Shown here piece by piece: positions 8,854 to 18,674 of a stretch of 47,757 nucleotides of DNA (positions within the stretch are counted from its first letter, which is position 1; the number at the start of each line of letters is the position of its first letter). Origin of the DNA: Myxococcota bacterium (GTDB taxonomy: Bacteria > Myxococcota > XYA12-FULL-58-9 > JALHOP01). The notes beneath the pieces were generated by a model that worked only from the letters and a program-made list of their open reading frames with translations, searched no databases and was not told the origin of the DNA. Position numbers and translations under genes: made by a program. Where the stretch lies: assembly GCA_041288095.1 (NCBI GenBank), contig JBGGMJ010000163.1:1-47757 (forward strand), given 5' to 3'.

Positions 8854-9762
8854 CGTCGCTGCCTGACGTTCGACGTCGGCGACCAGCGGCAACATCTTGC
8901 GCAAGCGTGCCGCGTGACGCTCCCACTTGTCCGGACGAGGCGGCGACAGCGTATGTGTCGAGAGGGGCAGTGGACCCGTGGCGATCTGCGCGGCGACATC
9001 CGCGAAGTCGAGCTCCGCGAGCGCACCGATTCGCCGTAGCACCGCCGCTGGGTCATCGACGAGCTCGCGGTAGCCGACCGCGCACCAGTCGGCTCGCGGC
9101 ACCTCGTTTAGATCCGCTAAAACGACACGCATGGATTCGCGCCACTGGAACGCCACGCAGGCGTCGATGGGCTTGCCACTGACGCTCTGGTAGCCCTCGG
9201 GCAAGAGCATGGACCACGGACCACGAAAACCGGCGAGCGATGCATAGGTGATGAACTTGCCCGACTCCCACGCCTCGATCATGCTCGACATCGCCTCGCG
9301 GGCGTCGCGCACGAGCAACACGAAGCGCGCTCCGGGAAACACCGCGCGCATGAAGGGCACGCGCAACATGTTCTTCGGTGTCTTCTCGATGAAGCGTATC
9401 GCGGCCGGCCGCGCCGCCGGAGAGCAGTCGAGGTAGCGCACCCCGCGAACATCCCGGGCCCCAAGGAGGAAGCCGCTGCGAAGAGTGAGGACGGTATCGG
9501 GGTCGGCGTCGTGCTCGTTGAGTCTGTTCGAGCGGACACGACCGTCCATGGGGTCGAAGCCGCCCAGCTCCTCGATGACGCCGTGGCTCTCCCCACCGAG
9601 GCCGTAGACGGCGCTCGACCGCGTCAACAGCTCGTAGAGCAACGTGCTTCCCGAGCGCGGCGCGGAGAGGACGATCAGCGGCCGGTCGAAAAAGTCGGGC
9701 CGCTCGGCGATGCGTCGCGCCGCGCGTAGATCTCCGGGGTTGTAGCGGCCTGCATCGGTCAC
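8827..9762 (-). CDS. Sulfotransferase family protein
   Basis: LSAPRSGSTLL (5'-PSB loop), EKTPKN, LVRD..AMSS (3'-PB), YRELVDDP. Confidence 0.92.
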   Translation of the reverse strand: MTDAGRYNPGDLRAARRIAERPDFFDRPLIVLSAPRSGSTLLYELLTRSSAVYGLGGESHGVIEELGGFDPMDGRVRSNRLNEHDADPDTVLTLRSGFLLGARDVRGVRYLDCSPAARPAAIRFIEKTPKNMLRVPFMRAVFPGARFVLLVRDAREAMSSMIEAWESGKFITYASLAGFRGPWSMLLPEGYQSVSGKPIDACVAFQWRESMRVVLADLNEVPRADWCAVGYRELVDDPAAVLRRIGALAELDFADVAAQIATGPLPLSTHTLSPPRPDKWERHAARLRKMLPLVADVERQAATLLAPGAPA

Positions 9763-10604
9763 GTGGTGAACGGGTGGAAGGAGTGCTGCACGACTTCGGC
9801 GCGTACGAGGATATCGAGGACCTCGTTGATTTGCGACTCCGACAGCGACGGCACGCCTGCCCGCGCGTCATGCGGGGTGAACGCCTTCTTCTGCATGCGC
9901 AACCAGCGGGCCAAGGGCTCGAGCTCGCGCGTCAGCTCGAGCTCGACCGGGTCGACATCGGCGGCGGTCACCACCACGAGGTGCGGTCGCCCGAGCGGCG
10001 TTTCGACCTTGGCGCCGGGCGCGAGCCGCAAGTGCACGGTGAACTTCGGGTCCGGGCGAAAAAAGCGCAGCTCCCCCGGAATCACCCAATCGACGAGCAA
10101 GTGCACGCGATCGCGGTCACCCTGATTGTGACAAGAGTGCTCGCGCTGGTTGTTGATCTCCCAGAGCTCGCCGTACGGCACCGCTTTCGTCTCGCCTCCC
10201 ACTGTGAACCAAGCCGACGGGTGGGTGACCACGGGCAGGTGGACGCGATGCGAGTTGGTGAGCGAGAAGCCGGCGTCGGAGTGCGGATGAACGCGTGCTT
10301 CGGGAGGCAAGCGGGCAAACAAAGCGCGTACGGGATAGCCGGTGCCGTAGTGCCCTTCCAGCCGTCGATAGATGGCCTGCATTTCGGCGTCGAAGCGCGC
10401 ATGCGCCGCCAGCTTCGTCGGCGCGTCGTGGCGATAGTCCTTGTCGAACATCAGCAGGATCGTGTTCGACTCGCGATGCGGTCGATAGACGTGCTGGCGC
10501 CAGCCGTCTTCGAGCCAATCATCGGCGCCGAGCGCTTCGACCTTGGCCCGCAAGGCGTCCGTCGCGTGTGGGCCGATGAGGGAGAAACTCCCATCGAAAT
10601 CCAT
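9759..10604 (-). CDS. Aspartyl/asparaginyl beta-hydroxylase-type Fe(II)/2-oxoglutarate oxygenase with C-terminal helical extension
   Basis: HPHSD (HxD), RVHLP, WEINNQREHSCHN, RVHLLVD. GTGA-coupled to the sulfotransferase. Confidence 0.88.
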   Translation of the reverse strand: MDFDGSFSLIGPHATDALRAKVEALGADDWLEDGWRQHVYRPHRESNTILLMFDKDYRHDAPTKLAAHARFDAEMQAIYRRLEGHYGTGYPVRALFARLPPEARVHPHSDAGFSLTNSHRVHLPVVTHPSAWFTVGGETKAVPYGELWEINNQREHSCHNQGDRDRVHLLVDWVIPGELRFFRPDPKFTVHLRLAPGAKVETPLGRPHLVVVTAADVDPVELELTRELEPLARWLRMQKKAFTPHDARAGVPSLSESQINEVLDILVRAEVVQHSFHPFTT

Positions 10605-10623
10605 GGTTAGTTAGTACACGAAC

Positions 10624-10675
10624 GGAAACCCGGCGGCTGCTCCGACGTATTCGCAAAGCGGGTACGCGAGTTGTG
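10624..10675. promoter_or_regulatory. Overlapping divergent ECF-type promoters
   Basis: + strand GGAAAC(10624-29)-N16-CGTATT(10646-51); - strand CACAAC(10675-70)-N16-CGAATA(10653-48). Confidence 0.5.
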
Positions 10676-10707
10676 CCCGGCAACCTTTTGTGGTCCGGTG
10701 CGCGCGA

Positions 10708-11259
10708 GTGAACGCGCAGCCGACAGAGTTGGACGAGCTCATGGAGCGCTACGCCCACGGTGATGCCGCCGCATTCGAGCCGCTCTATGACGGGCTGGCG
10801 CCGCGCTTGCGCGGATTCCTGAGACGCTCCGTGAACGACGCGGCGCTCGCCGACGACCTCGTACAACAGACCTTCCTGCGCATGCACCGTGGCCGCGCGA
10901 GCTTCGAGCGCAACGGCGCCGTGCTCCCATGGGCTTACGCCATCGCCAGACGCCTCATGTTCGATGCCTTGCGCTCGCGCCGCCGCAAACCCGAGACCGC
11001 GATTCCCAACGAGGAGCTGCTCCCGTCGGCGGACGATCCCGAAGCCCGCGTCGCCGGCCGTGAGGACCTCGCGAAGCTCGCGGCCAAGCTCGCGACCCTC
11101 CCCGAGGACCACCGCACCGCGTTCGAGCTGGTGCGTGTCGAAGGGTTGTCGCTCGCCGAAGCGGCCGCGGTCGTCGGCGCCACGCCGGCGGCAATGAAGA
11201 TGCGTGCTCACCGTGCCTACGTAGCGCTCGGCATCGCGCACGGAGATAACGACTCATGA
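10708..11259 (+). CDS. ECF RNA polymerase sigma factor
   Basis: GDAAAFEPLY, ADDLVQQTFLRMH, WAYAIARR, sigma4 GLSLAEAA..KMRAHRA. GTG at 10708 is the likely start. Confidence 0.93.
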   Translation: MNAQPTELDELMERYAHGDAAAFEPLYDGLAPRLRGFLRRSVNDAALADDLVQQTFLRMHRGRASFERNGAVLPWAYAIARRLMFDALRSRRRKPETAIPNEELLPSADDPEARVAGREDLAKLAAKLATLPEDHRTAFELVRVEGLSLAEAAAVVGATPAAMKMRAHRAYVALGIAHGDNDS

Positions 11260-11876
11260 GCATGCCCGCGGAGCTCAAGGCGAAGCTCGCCGCCGAGATT
11301 CAACGCACTCCATCGCCGACGCGGTCGCAGCTTTCGTTGCGTACCGCTATTGCGGTCGTGGTCGGCCTCGTAGGCACCGCCATCATCCTCGGCCGCCACG
11401 GCATTCGTCCCGGCACGCGCGAGCCTTTCTTCATGGCCGCGGTCACGCTGATCATGCTGAGCTTCGCGGCCCGCACCTTGTTGGCGGCCATGGGCAGCCT
11501 CTGGACGAGCCCGCGAGGTACGCAGCGCTTGGTGGCGATGCCGTTCGTGCTCCTCTCGGCGGTCGCGATAGCGTACGCGCAAGCCCCAGCGCAGGCGCAT
11601 TCGCTGCGCGGCGATCTGCCCTGCGTCCTCATGACCCTCGCCATCGGCGGCATCGTTGGCGCCGCCGTCTTCGTGGCGCGCCGGGCAACCGAGCCGCTGC
11701 GGCCGACTCTCAACGGGCTCTTGCTCGCGAGCTTCTCAGCCGCGGTCGCCGGCGCCGCGGTGTTCCTTGCTTGTCCGCTGGCGGAGACCTGGCACTTCGC
11801 GATTGGTCATGTCGGCGGCGCGATACTGCTCGGCGGGCTGCTGGGCGCGATTGGCGCGCGAGTGATGCGAGCCTAA
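11256..11876 (+). CDS. NrsF/DUF1109-like membrane anti-sigma factor
   Basis: ATGA-coupled to the ECF; about 6 TM segments; conserved-type Cys (LPCV) and LACP...H motif. Confidence 0.75.
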   Translation: MSMPAELKAKLAAEIQRTPSPTRSQLSLRTAIAVVVGLVGTAIILGRHGIRPGTREPFFMAAVTLIMLSFAARTLLAAMGSLWTSPRGTQRLVAMPFVLLSAVAIAYAQAPAQAHSLRGDLPCVLMTLAIGGIVGAAVFVARRATEPLRPTLNGLLLASFSAAVAGAAVFLACPLAETWHFAIGHVGGAILLGGLLGAIGARVMRA

Positions 11877-12886
11877 CGACGGCCGCGATTGCGATCGAGT
11901 CTCGCGTTACGCGGTCGTGGCGTCATCTTCACGGGGTCCTCCGGCTCCGCCGGGGTCGCGAGCTCGCCGGGCGGGCCGACGAAGACATACGGCATCTCGA
12001 CGAAGTCGTCGGCCGTCCTGGAGTCGCGCATCGCCTTGACGGTGAAGACGCCGATGGTCGTGAGTACGAGCGCCGCGACGGCGATCACGAGCGCGCGCAC
12101 GGTCAAGAAGCGCGCGTAGTACGGTGCGTCTGTCATCGGTCGATCCATGCGCTCGGTGGGTGAACGGTCACGGCGCATGCGAGCTCCGGCCTTCTCGCTC
12201 TCGGCGGTTTCCGCGCGAGCCGGCCGCCACTCGATCTTCGCGGGCGTGTAGGTCCTGGCCATGGCTTCTTCGAAGGCCTTGAGCTCTTCGTCGCTGATCT
12301 CGACGGCTTCGTCGTCGAGGTCGCCGTACGGACCGATGAGCGTGTCGGCGCGCGATCGGGCAATCCGCTCGGGCGTCAGCTCGCCGCGCTCGGCGTCGAT
12401 CCGTTGCTTCAGCTCTTTGGTCGCCGCCTCGAACGCGCGCTCGACCGCATCGAGCTCGCTGGGCTCGACCTGCTCGATGATCGCTTCGACCACAGGAAGC
12501 GCTGGGACCGGCTCGGTGACGATCTCGCCCGGCCGGGCCGCCGCGTCATCACCGACCGCTGCAGCGGGCACGCTCTCCCCCGTGGCGTCGGTGGAGCGCT
12601 GCACGTTGGCTTGCGGTTGAGCACGGAGGCGAATGCGGCTCAGACGCCGGCTACGGCGCGCCAACCGCATGGCTTCGCTCTGGGCGTGCTCGACGTACGC
12701 CAGCAACCGCTCACGCTCTTCGGCGCGCTTCGCGGCATCGATGGGATCGCGCGGGACCTCCTGGATGCGGCCCTCGAGGGACTGCAACAAGGCAAAGGCC
12801 TCCTCGAGCTTGGCTTTCGCCTGCTCGAAGAGAACACGGTCGTCCGCCGTTCCGGAACCCAAGTGGCTGATCATGGGTGTTCGCAT
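11873..12886 (-). CDS. Hypothetical coiled-coil/acidic protein with a C-terminal transmembrane helix
   Basis: Long ORF with coding-like bias; N-terminal coiled coil; TM ALVIAVAALVLTTIGVFTV. Start uncertain (12874/12886/12907). Confidence 0.6.
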   Translation of the reverse strand: MRTPMISHLGSGTADDRVLFEQAKAKLEEAFALLQSLEGRIQEVPRDPIDAAKRAEERERLLAYVEHAQSEAMRLARRSRRLSRIRLRAQPQANVQRSTDATGESVPAAAVGDDAAARPGEIVTEPVPALPVVEAIIEQVEPSELDAVERAFEAATKELKQRIDAERGELTPERIARSRADTLIGPYGDLDDEAVEISDEELKAFEEAMARTYTPAKIEWRPARAETAESEKAGARMRRDRSPTERMDRPMTDAPYYARFLTVRALVIAVAALVLTTIGVFTVKAMRDSRTADDFVEMPYVFVGPPGELATPAEPEDPVKMTPRPRNARLDRNRGRR

Positions 12887-13000
12887 CAGAAGCAAGACTC
12901 GATCCAACGCCGAGTGCTCGTAAGATCACTGATTTGTGGGCGTTGTATGGCGCAGTGTGTGGCGTAACGTCAGAAAACTCTGGGGGGCAAAGGCAACGAA

Positions 13001-14350
13001 TCACCAACGGATGGCGACTAAACTCTTGGGGGCGAGGCTCGCTTGGACACCGCTCTCGAGCGCCACCAGCAATGGCTGCTCGGTCGGATTGTAGGTGAGC
13101 AGGACGCGTGAGCCGTCGGGGTTCTGGAAGGCGACGCAGTCGAGCGGCGCCGAGGTCGCCGTGTCGATGCGCACCGCGCCGCGCTTGATGGTGGTGCTGG
13201 CGACGCCCATCCCGAAGTGCTCTTGGTTCGCCTCGATCTTGTCGGGCGATACCACGCGGATGAAGGCCTTCAAGAAGTCGACGCCACCGTTCAATGGTCC
13301 GTTCTTGCCGTCGAGGACGATGTTCCACTTGAGACAGGCGCGGGCACCCTGCTTGAGCGCACCGACGAGGACGTTCTTCGCGTCCCACATGAGATCATCG
13401 GCGGCGGTCGTCTTGTCCCAATAGATGCCGGTGATCTCGGTGTAGTAGACCGGCAGGTTGGGATACTTGGGCGCGATGTGTCGCTGGTGATCGAGCGGCT
13501 CGCCCTCGTACCCGTGGTAGGCGATGCCGTCCGCGAAAGCACCCACGCCGTCGAGCACCTTCTTGGCGCCCTCCCAGAGCATCCAGTTGTGGTCGTGCGT
13601 GAGGAGCTTGACGCGCGGCCGCGCGCCTTCGTGCGCCCTGTTGTAGTCGCGGAGCTTGGGGCCGAGGTGATTCTTGATGAGCTCGATTTGGTCGTCCGCC
13701 GAGAGGAGGAGCGACGGGTAGTTCGCGGTGAAGAAGAAGGGCTCGTTCTGGCAGCTCATGGCCTCGAACAAGATGGGCGGCGAGAGCTTGGCGAAGGCAT
13801 CGAGTGTCTTCACCAGGTAGTCGGCGTAGAGCGCGAAGTTCTCCTTGGGGAGAATGCGCTCGTCCTTGGCGCTGCGCGCGCACATCCACTCGGGCGGCGC
13901 CCACGGCGAGATCATCAGCTTGATGTTCGGATTGATGGCGAGCGCGCGCTGCAACATGGGAATGACCGCGCGCTGATCGCGGTCGATGGAGAAGTGCTCG
14001 AGCTCGTTGCCGACGGGGCCTTTGACGTCGCAGTAGCTGTAGGTGCCCTCCGCGAAATCGGACGAGCCGAGCGGCACACGGATGAATGAGAAGCCCATAC
14101 CCGTGTCCGGGTCGAAGAGCTCGCGTAGCACCTTGCTCTGCTGCGGCTCCGGCAGGCGCGCGATGGTGATGGCCGCGGACTCCGTCATCGCGGCACCGAA
14201 GCCCTCGATCGTCTGGAAGGTCTTCTTGGGGTCGACGCTGACCTTGATGGCCGCGTCGCTCACCGGTCCGCGCCTGAGCTCGGTTGTCCGCATTTGCGGA
14301 CCAAACACCCCGACCGAAGCCGCAGTCATGGTTGGGGTGATGGCGCGCAT
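13001..14350 (-). CDS. Glycoside hydrolase family 30 (GH30_3-like endo-beta-1,6-glucanase/glucosylceramidase)
   Basis: FQTIEGFGAAMT, RVPLGSSDF, SPWAPP, QNEP acid/base, HNW, YTE nucleophile, WNIVLD, VAFQNPDG. Confidence 0.88.
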   Translation of the reverse strand: MRAITPTMTAASVGVFGPQMRTTELRRGPVSDAAIKVSVDPKKTFQTIEGFGAAMTESAAITIARLPEPQQSKVLRELFDPDTGMGFSFIRVPLGSSDFAEGTYSYCDVKGPVGNELEHFSIDRDQRAVIPMLQRALAINPNIKLMISPWAPPEWMCARSAKDERILPKENFALYADYLVKTLDAFAKLSPPILFEAMSCQNEPFFFTANYPSLLLSADDQIELIKNHLGPKLRDYNRAHEGARPRVKLLTHDHNWMLWEGAKKVLDGVGAFADGIAYHGYEGEPLDHQRHIAPKYPNLPVYYTEITGIYWDKTTAADDLMWDAKNVLVGALKQGARACLKWNIVLDGKNGPLNGGVDFLKAFIRVVSPDKIEANQEHFGMGVASTTIKRGAVRIDTATSAPLDCVAFQNPDGSRVLLTYNPTEQPLLVALESGVQASLAPKSLVAIRW

Positions 14351-14353
14351 GGA

Positions 14354-16858
14354 TCAACTCCGAGATTGAATTTCGTGGGGCCGGCCGAAATGCTGGTTGC
14401 CGACGACCTCGACGGTCGCCGTCAGCCAGCTCTTGGGGTCGGAGCTGGCACCGACGCCAATCAGCGATTTGCCGGGCTCTAGGACTCGAGCACCACCGGC
14501 ACGCTCACTGGCGAATTCGAATTCTTCGGCGGGAATGGTGATGCTCACCTGCTTTTCCTCGCCGGGCTCGAGTGCCACGATGACACTGCCGACGAGCCGC
14601 TTCTCGGGCTGGTTCTCGCTGGCGTTCCGAAGCTGCATGTACGCCTGCACGGCCTCGTGCTTGGCGCGCTTACCGTCATTGCGGACGGTGACGTGCACGG
14701 TGCAGCCCTTGTCCCACAGCTCGCGGCGGCTGACCTTCGCCGGCGCGGTGAGGCCGGCATAGCTCACGGGTGAGTACGACAAGCCAAAGCCGAACGGGAA
14801 GGCCGGCTTGTGCGCGACGTGCAGCGGGTGCGCCTTGGGGTGGGTGATCTGGTTGCCATCGCGGTCGTAGAACGCCGGGCCCCAGGTGTATTTGCCGTCG
14901 GCGTTTTCGACATCGGCGGGTCGGCCCGTGGTCTCACGCTCGTGATGCACGCTCAGCATGTCGATGGCTTCGCGCGGCAATTCGACGGAGAGCTTGCCGC
15001 TGAAGTTGACGAGTGAGCCGTCGGCCCGCTGCCCGGTGAGCAAGTTGACGATGGCGTTACCGGCCTCGGTGCCCGGCTGGAAACCCTGCACCAACGCGTG
15101 ACAGTACGGCTCGAGCTCGTGCATGCCCGGCTTTGGGCGGCCACTGATGTTGACGACGATCACTTTGTGACCGGCGGCATGCAGCGACTTTGCCAGCTCG
15201 ATGTCGTGTCTCTGCACCGAGAGCGCGTCGTTGGTGATCGAGGCGCCCTCGCCGCTCATGGCCGCGCTCTCGCCAATCACCATGACGACGGCGTCGGAAC
15301 CCAGCGCCTGCGCGTGGGCCTTGGCCCACATGAGGGTGTCGCCGCGCTCGAGCACGAAGTTGCCCTGGGCATGGCCGACGCGCGCCTTACCGAAGCGCTC
15401 CTCGAACGCGTCCTTCACGGTCGAGATGTGATCGTGGTTCGTCGGCTTGCCTTCGGCGGTGGGGCCGTTGATCTCGCCGCGACCGCGCCAGTGGCCGAGG
15501 TAGGCGACTGGGTTGTCCGCGATAGCACCCACGACCGCGATCTTGCTCAGCTCGCCGCCCAAGGGCAGCGCCGGCTTGCCGCCGAAGTCCGCGTTCTTGA
15601 GCAAGACCGTCGAGCGCTCGGCGATGGTGCGCACGGCGGCACGGTGCTCGGCGCCGAGGATGTGCTTCTGCTCGCTTTCCGCGTTGGGATTGCCGAGCTT
15701 CTCGGCAAAGAGGCCGCGCCGGAACTTGTAGCGCAGGACGCGGCGAACGGCCTCGTCGAGGTCGCGCTCGTCGATGACGCCTTCCTTCACGAGCCCACCG
15801 AGGTGCTCCGCATAGATGCCCGACGACATGTCGACGTCGACGCCGGCTTTGAACGCCAGCTCGGCCGCGTGTTTGCGATCGCGGGCAGTGCCGTGACGAA
15901 TGAGCTCCGCGATACCGGTCCAGTCGGAGATGACGACGCCGTCGAAGCCCCAGGCGCGCAACACTTTGAAGAGCTCGCCGTTCTCGTGCGAGGCGATGCC
16001 GTTGATGGTGTTGAACGACGCCATGATGGTGTCGGTGCCGTTCGCGACCGCTTCCTTGAAGGGGATGAGCGTGCGATCGTATTCGGCCTTCGACAAGGAA
16101 GCGCCGCCGTAGTCGATGCCCGTGCGCGGCTGACCGTAGCCGGCGAAGTGCTTGACGCAGGTCGCGAGCTTGCCGTCGTGGAAGCCGCGGATGTTGGCGG
16201 CCCCCATCTCCTTGATGAGGAACGGCGCCGAGCCCGAGCTCTCGATGGCGCGCCCGTAGCTCGACAAGCCCTTCGACACGTCGACGTTGGGCGCGAAGGT
16301 GAGATCGATGTCGCGAGCGCGCGCCTCGCGGGCCGAGACCAAGCCCTGGAGCCGCGCGAGCGTCGGGTCGAAGCTACAAGCGGTGCCCATGAGCTGCGGC
16401 CCGAGCGTGTAGTCGCCGGAGATGACGTCGAAGCCGATGGCTGTCGGGATGCCGAGACGCGTCTCGGTGGCACTGGTCTTCCGGATGATGCGGGCATCGA
16501 GGAGCGTGTTGGGGTTGAGGACCCAACCGGCGCCCTGGCGCAGCTGCCCGATGCTGCCGCCGCTCGGGGGCTCACCGGGCTTGGGACCCGTGAGGTTGCC
16601 GTCCCAGGGAATCATGACGAGCTGCATGACCTTCTCGTCGAGGGTCATCTGGCGCAGAAGCTTGGTGATCTCCTTCTCGCGGACAGGGTCGGGGGCATGG
16701 GCGCTGTCGACCTTCACCGACTTGGCGGGGTTGGTCGGGCGGAGGTCGGGGACCACGAAGGACGTGGGCCGGGCGGGAAAGGCCACCGCGGGGGCCACGG
16801 ACGCAGGGGTGCCCTCCACCAGGCGTGCCTGGGGCGGCAAAAGCTCAATTTTGCGCAT
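14354..16858 (-). CDS. Glycoside hydrolase family 3 beta-glucosidase (BglX-like) with Fn3-like C-terminal domain
   Basis: RLGIP, FAPNVDV, KHFAGYG, GFDGVVISDW nucleophile, VLLKN, SGEG, FPFGFGLSY. Confidence 0.92.
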   Translation of the reverse strand: MRKIELLPPQARLVEGTPASVAPAVAFPARPTSFVVPDLRPTNPAKSVKVDSAHAPDPVREKEITKLLRQMTLDEKVMQLVMIPWDGNLTGPKPGEPPSGGSIGQLRQGAGWVLNPNTLLDARIIRKTSATETRLGIPTAIGFDVISGDYTLGPQLMGTACSFDPTLARLQGLVSAREARARDIDLTFAPNVDVSKGLSSYGRAIESSGSAPFLIKEMGAANIRGFHDGKLATCVKHFAGYGQPRTGIDYGGASLSKAEYDRTLIPFKEAVANGTDTIMASFNTINGIASHENGELFKVLRAWGFDGVVISDWTGIAELIRHGTARDRKHAAELAFKAGVDVDMSSGIYAEHLGGLVKEGVIDERDLDEAVRRVLRYKFRRGLFAEKLGNPNAESEQKHILGAEHRAAVRTIAERSTVLLKNADFGGKPALPLGGELSKIAVVGAIADNPVAYLGHWRGRGEINGPTAEGKPTNHDHISTVKDAFEERFGKARVGHAQGNFVLERGDTLMWAKAHAQALGSDAVVMVIGESAAMSGEGASITNDALSVQRHDIELAKSLHAAGHKVIVVNISGRPKPGMHELEPYCHALVQGFQPGTEAGNAIVNLLTGQRADGSLVNFSGKLSVELPREAIDMLSVHHERETTGRPADVENADGKYTWGPAFYDRDGNQITHPKAHPLHVAHKPAFPFGFGLSYSPVSYAGLTAPAKVSRRELWDKGCTVHVTVRNDGKRAKHEAVQAYMQLRNASENQPEKRLVGSVIVALEPGEEKQVSITIPAEEFEFASERAGGARVLEPGKSLIGVGASSDPKSWLTATVEVVGNQHFGRPHEIQSRS

Positions 16859-16942
16859 GCTGCCTCATCGGCATCCTGGTGCGGCAGATGCGTGAAAAGC
16901 TTGGGGGCAACCGAAGGTTTCGGCACCCGATACTGGTCTTCC

Positions 16943-18001
16943 ATGGCCTGGCCTTTGGAACGCATTGCCGCAGGGGCCCGGAGCTGGCCCAACGGCGCCC
17001 CGGAACCCCTCGTGCTCGCGCAAGCCGCGCCCGCTCGACCGGCCGACGGTCGCGAGTCCCCGCGTTCAGTCTTGCGCACCGATCCCCCGGCGTCTCCCCT
17101 CATCGCCGCGCCCCATCACCTCGCGACCCCCGCGAGCCAACAAGAGCGCGTCGCCGAAGCCATCGCCCGGGCCCAACGTTCGGCGGTCAGCATCGAGACC
17201 GTCAACTCCGGCGGACCATCGCGCGGCGCCGGCACCGTCGTGCGCCCCGGCTACGCCACGACCGCGGCGCACATGGTCGAGAGCACGAGCCAAACCATCT
17301 ACTACGCGGCGCTCGACGCCCAGGGCCAGCGCACCGTCGGCCGCGCCACCGTCGTCGGCGTCGCGCCCGATCTCGACATCGCCCTCTTGCGCCTCGACAA
17401 CGACACCATTCCCGCTGCCCGCTTTAGCAGACGAGCGCCGCGCTTGGGCGACACGACCATTGTCCTGGGCGACCCTCGCGGTTACGAGAACAGCGCGACC
17501 GTCGGCGTGGTCTCCGGCCTGCACCGCAACCTCGGCAGTCCGATCTGCGATTGCGTCCAGACCGACGCACCGATCAACCCGGGTAACTCGGGCGCCGGCG
17601 CCTTCAACCTCGACGGCGAGCTGACTGGCCAAGTGGTCGGCTTGCTCGAGGGCGACCAGTCGATTGGGTTCATCACGAGTGGCACGACCTTCGAGCGCGT
17701 TATCGACCGCCTGATGCGCGGGAACCTCAGGATTACGGAGCCGGGTTTCACGCTCGGCAACCTCTCGCTGGCGCAGACCTTCAACTCGGGTCAGCGCGTC
17801 ATCGACGGCCCCGTGGTCACCGCGACGACCGTTCACGGCCTGCAGCAATACGACCGCGTCCTCGCCGTCGACGGCCAGCGCACCACCACCATCGCCGAGG
17901 CTCGAGCTCTGCTCGCTCTCGTCGAGCCGGGGCAGCAGTACCGTCTGCGGGTCGCGCGCGGCAATCAGATGCTCGAGCTCACACTCACCAAACCACGCTG
18001 A
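16943..18001 (+). CDS. HtrA/DegS-like trypsin serine protease with PDZ domain
   Basis: TAAHMV (His), DIALL (Asp), QTDAPINPGNSGA (Ser); C-terminal PDZ (GLQQYDRVLAVDG). The ORF-track 5' extension is antisense to the GH3 gene. Confidence 0.88.
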   Translation: MAWPLERIAAGARSWPNGAPEPLVLAQAAPARPADGRESPRSVLRTDPPASPLIAAPHHLATPASQQERVAEAIARAQRSAVSIETVNSGGPSRGAGTVVRPGYATTAAHMVESTSQTIYYAALDAQGQRTVGRATVVGVAPDLDIALLRLDNDTIPAARFSRRAPRLGDTTIVLGDPRGYENSATVGVVSGLHRNLGSPICDCVQTDAPINPGNSGAGAFNLDGELTGQVVGLLEGDQSIGFITSGTTFERVIDRLMRGNLRITEPGFTLGNLSLAQTFNSGQRVIDGPVVTATTVHGLQQYDRVLAVDGQRTTTIAEARALLALVEPGQQYRLRVARGNQMLELTLTKPR

Positions 18002-18015
18002 TCGAGGCATTCACG

Positions 18016-18669
18016 ATGCAAGTACGTCATGGCGGAGCATCAAAGTCGGTTTCCCCGGCGCCAACCAGCAAGACCACGGGTGGACTCGCGGGGTCGGGCC
18101 TCGTCATGCGACGCGAGGGACGCTCGATGATCTTCGAGCGCGCCGCTAGTGCCGACGGGTCGATGCGTCTGCTTGCGCCCGAGGCGGTTGGCTCGAGCAC
18201 CTACAAGGCGGCCTACAAGAACGGCGATGCCGTCTTTCTTAGCGGTAACCTCGACGACGCGTGGACCCAGAAAGAGTGGGACCGCTTCTACGGAGTCGCC
18301 AAGTGGCTCGTGAACCACGACTTCAGAGTGGTGATCAATCCGGTCGCCATGCTCGCGGATGTGCGCGCGACCGTTCAAGACGACAAGACGAAAGTGATCA
18401 TTTGGTCGAGCCACGCGAGTGACGATGGCGTGCTCTACGATGCCGCGAACAAGCCGTTGCCCGACGATATCTTGGCGGTCCTAGCCGGGAAGAACTTCAA
18501 GCAAGTCATCTTCAGCGCTTGCAGCGGCAAGGAAGTCACGACGCGCTACAAGACGGCCGAGCACGTCAGCGAGATCTATTGGGAAGGCAAGACGACGACC
18601 GACGACCTCTTCGCCTACCTCTACAGCGATCGTTGGAACCCCACGCAGTTTGGCGAGAACAAGGAGTGA
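18016..18669 (+). CDS. Hypothetical protein with a caspase/CHAT-like His-Cys dyad
   Basis: VIIWSSHA (His133) and VIFSAC (Cys169), each after a hydrophobic strand; GAGG SD. Confidence 0.55.
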   Translation: MQVRHGGASKSVSPAPTSKTTGGLAGSGLVMRREGRSMIFERAASADGSMRLLAPEAVGSSTYKAAYKNGDAVFLSGNLDDAWTQKEWDRFYGVAKWLVNHDFRVVINPVAMLADVRATVQDDKTKVIIWSSHASDDGVLYDAANKPLPDDILAVLAGKNFKQVIFSACSGKEVTTRYKTAEHVSEIYWEGKTTTDDLFAYLYSDRWNPTQFGENKE

Positions 18670-18674
18670 GCATC

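Noticed and set aside
12940..12965. TGGCGC..TGGC, a possible sigma54 promoter
   Set aside because: GG-to-GC spacing does not fit -24/-12, and no suitably oriented gene lies downstream.
15098..16942. 615-aa N-terminal extension of the HtrA ORF (967 aa in the track)
   Set aside because: Antisense shadow of the GH3 gene; protease similarity begins only after ATG 16943.
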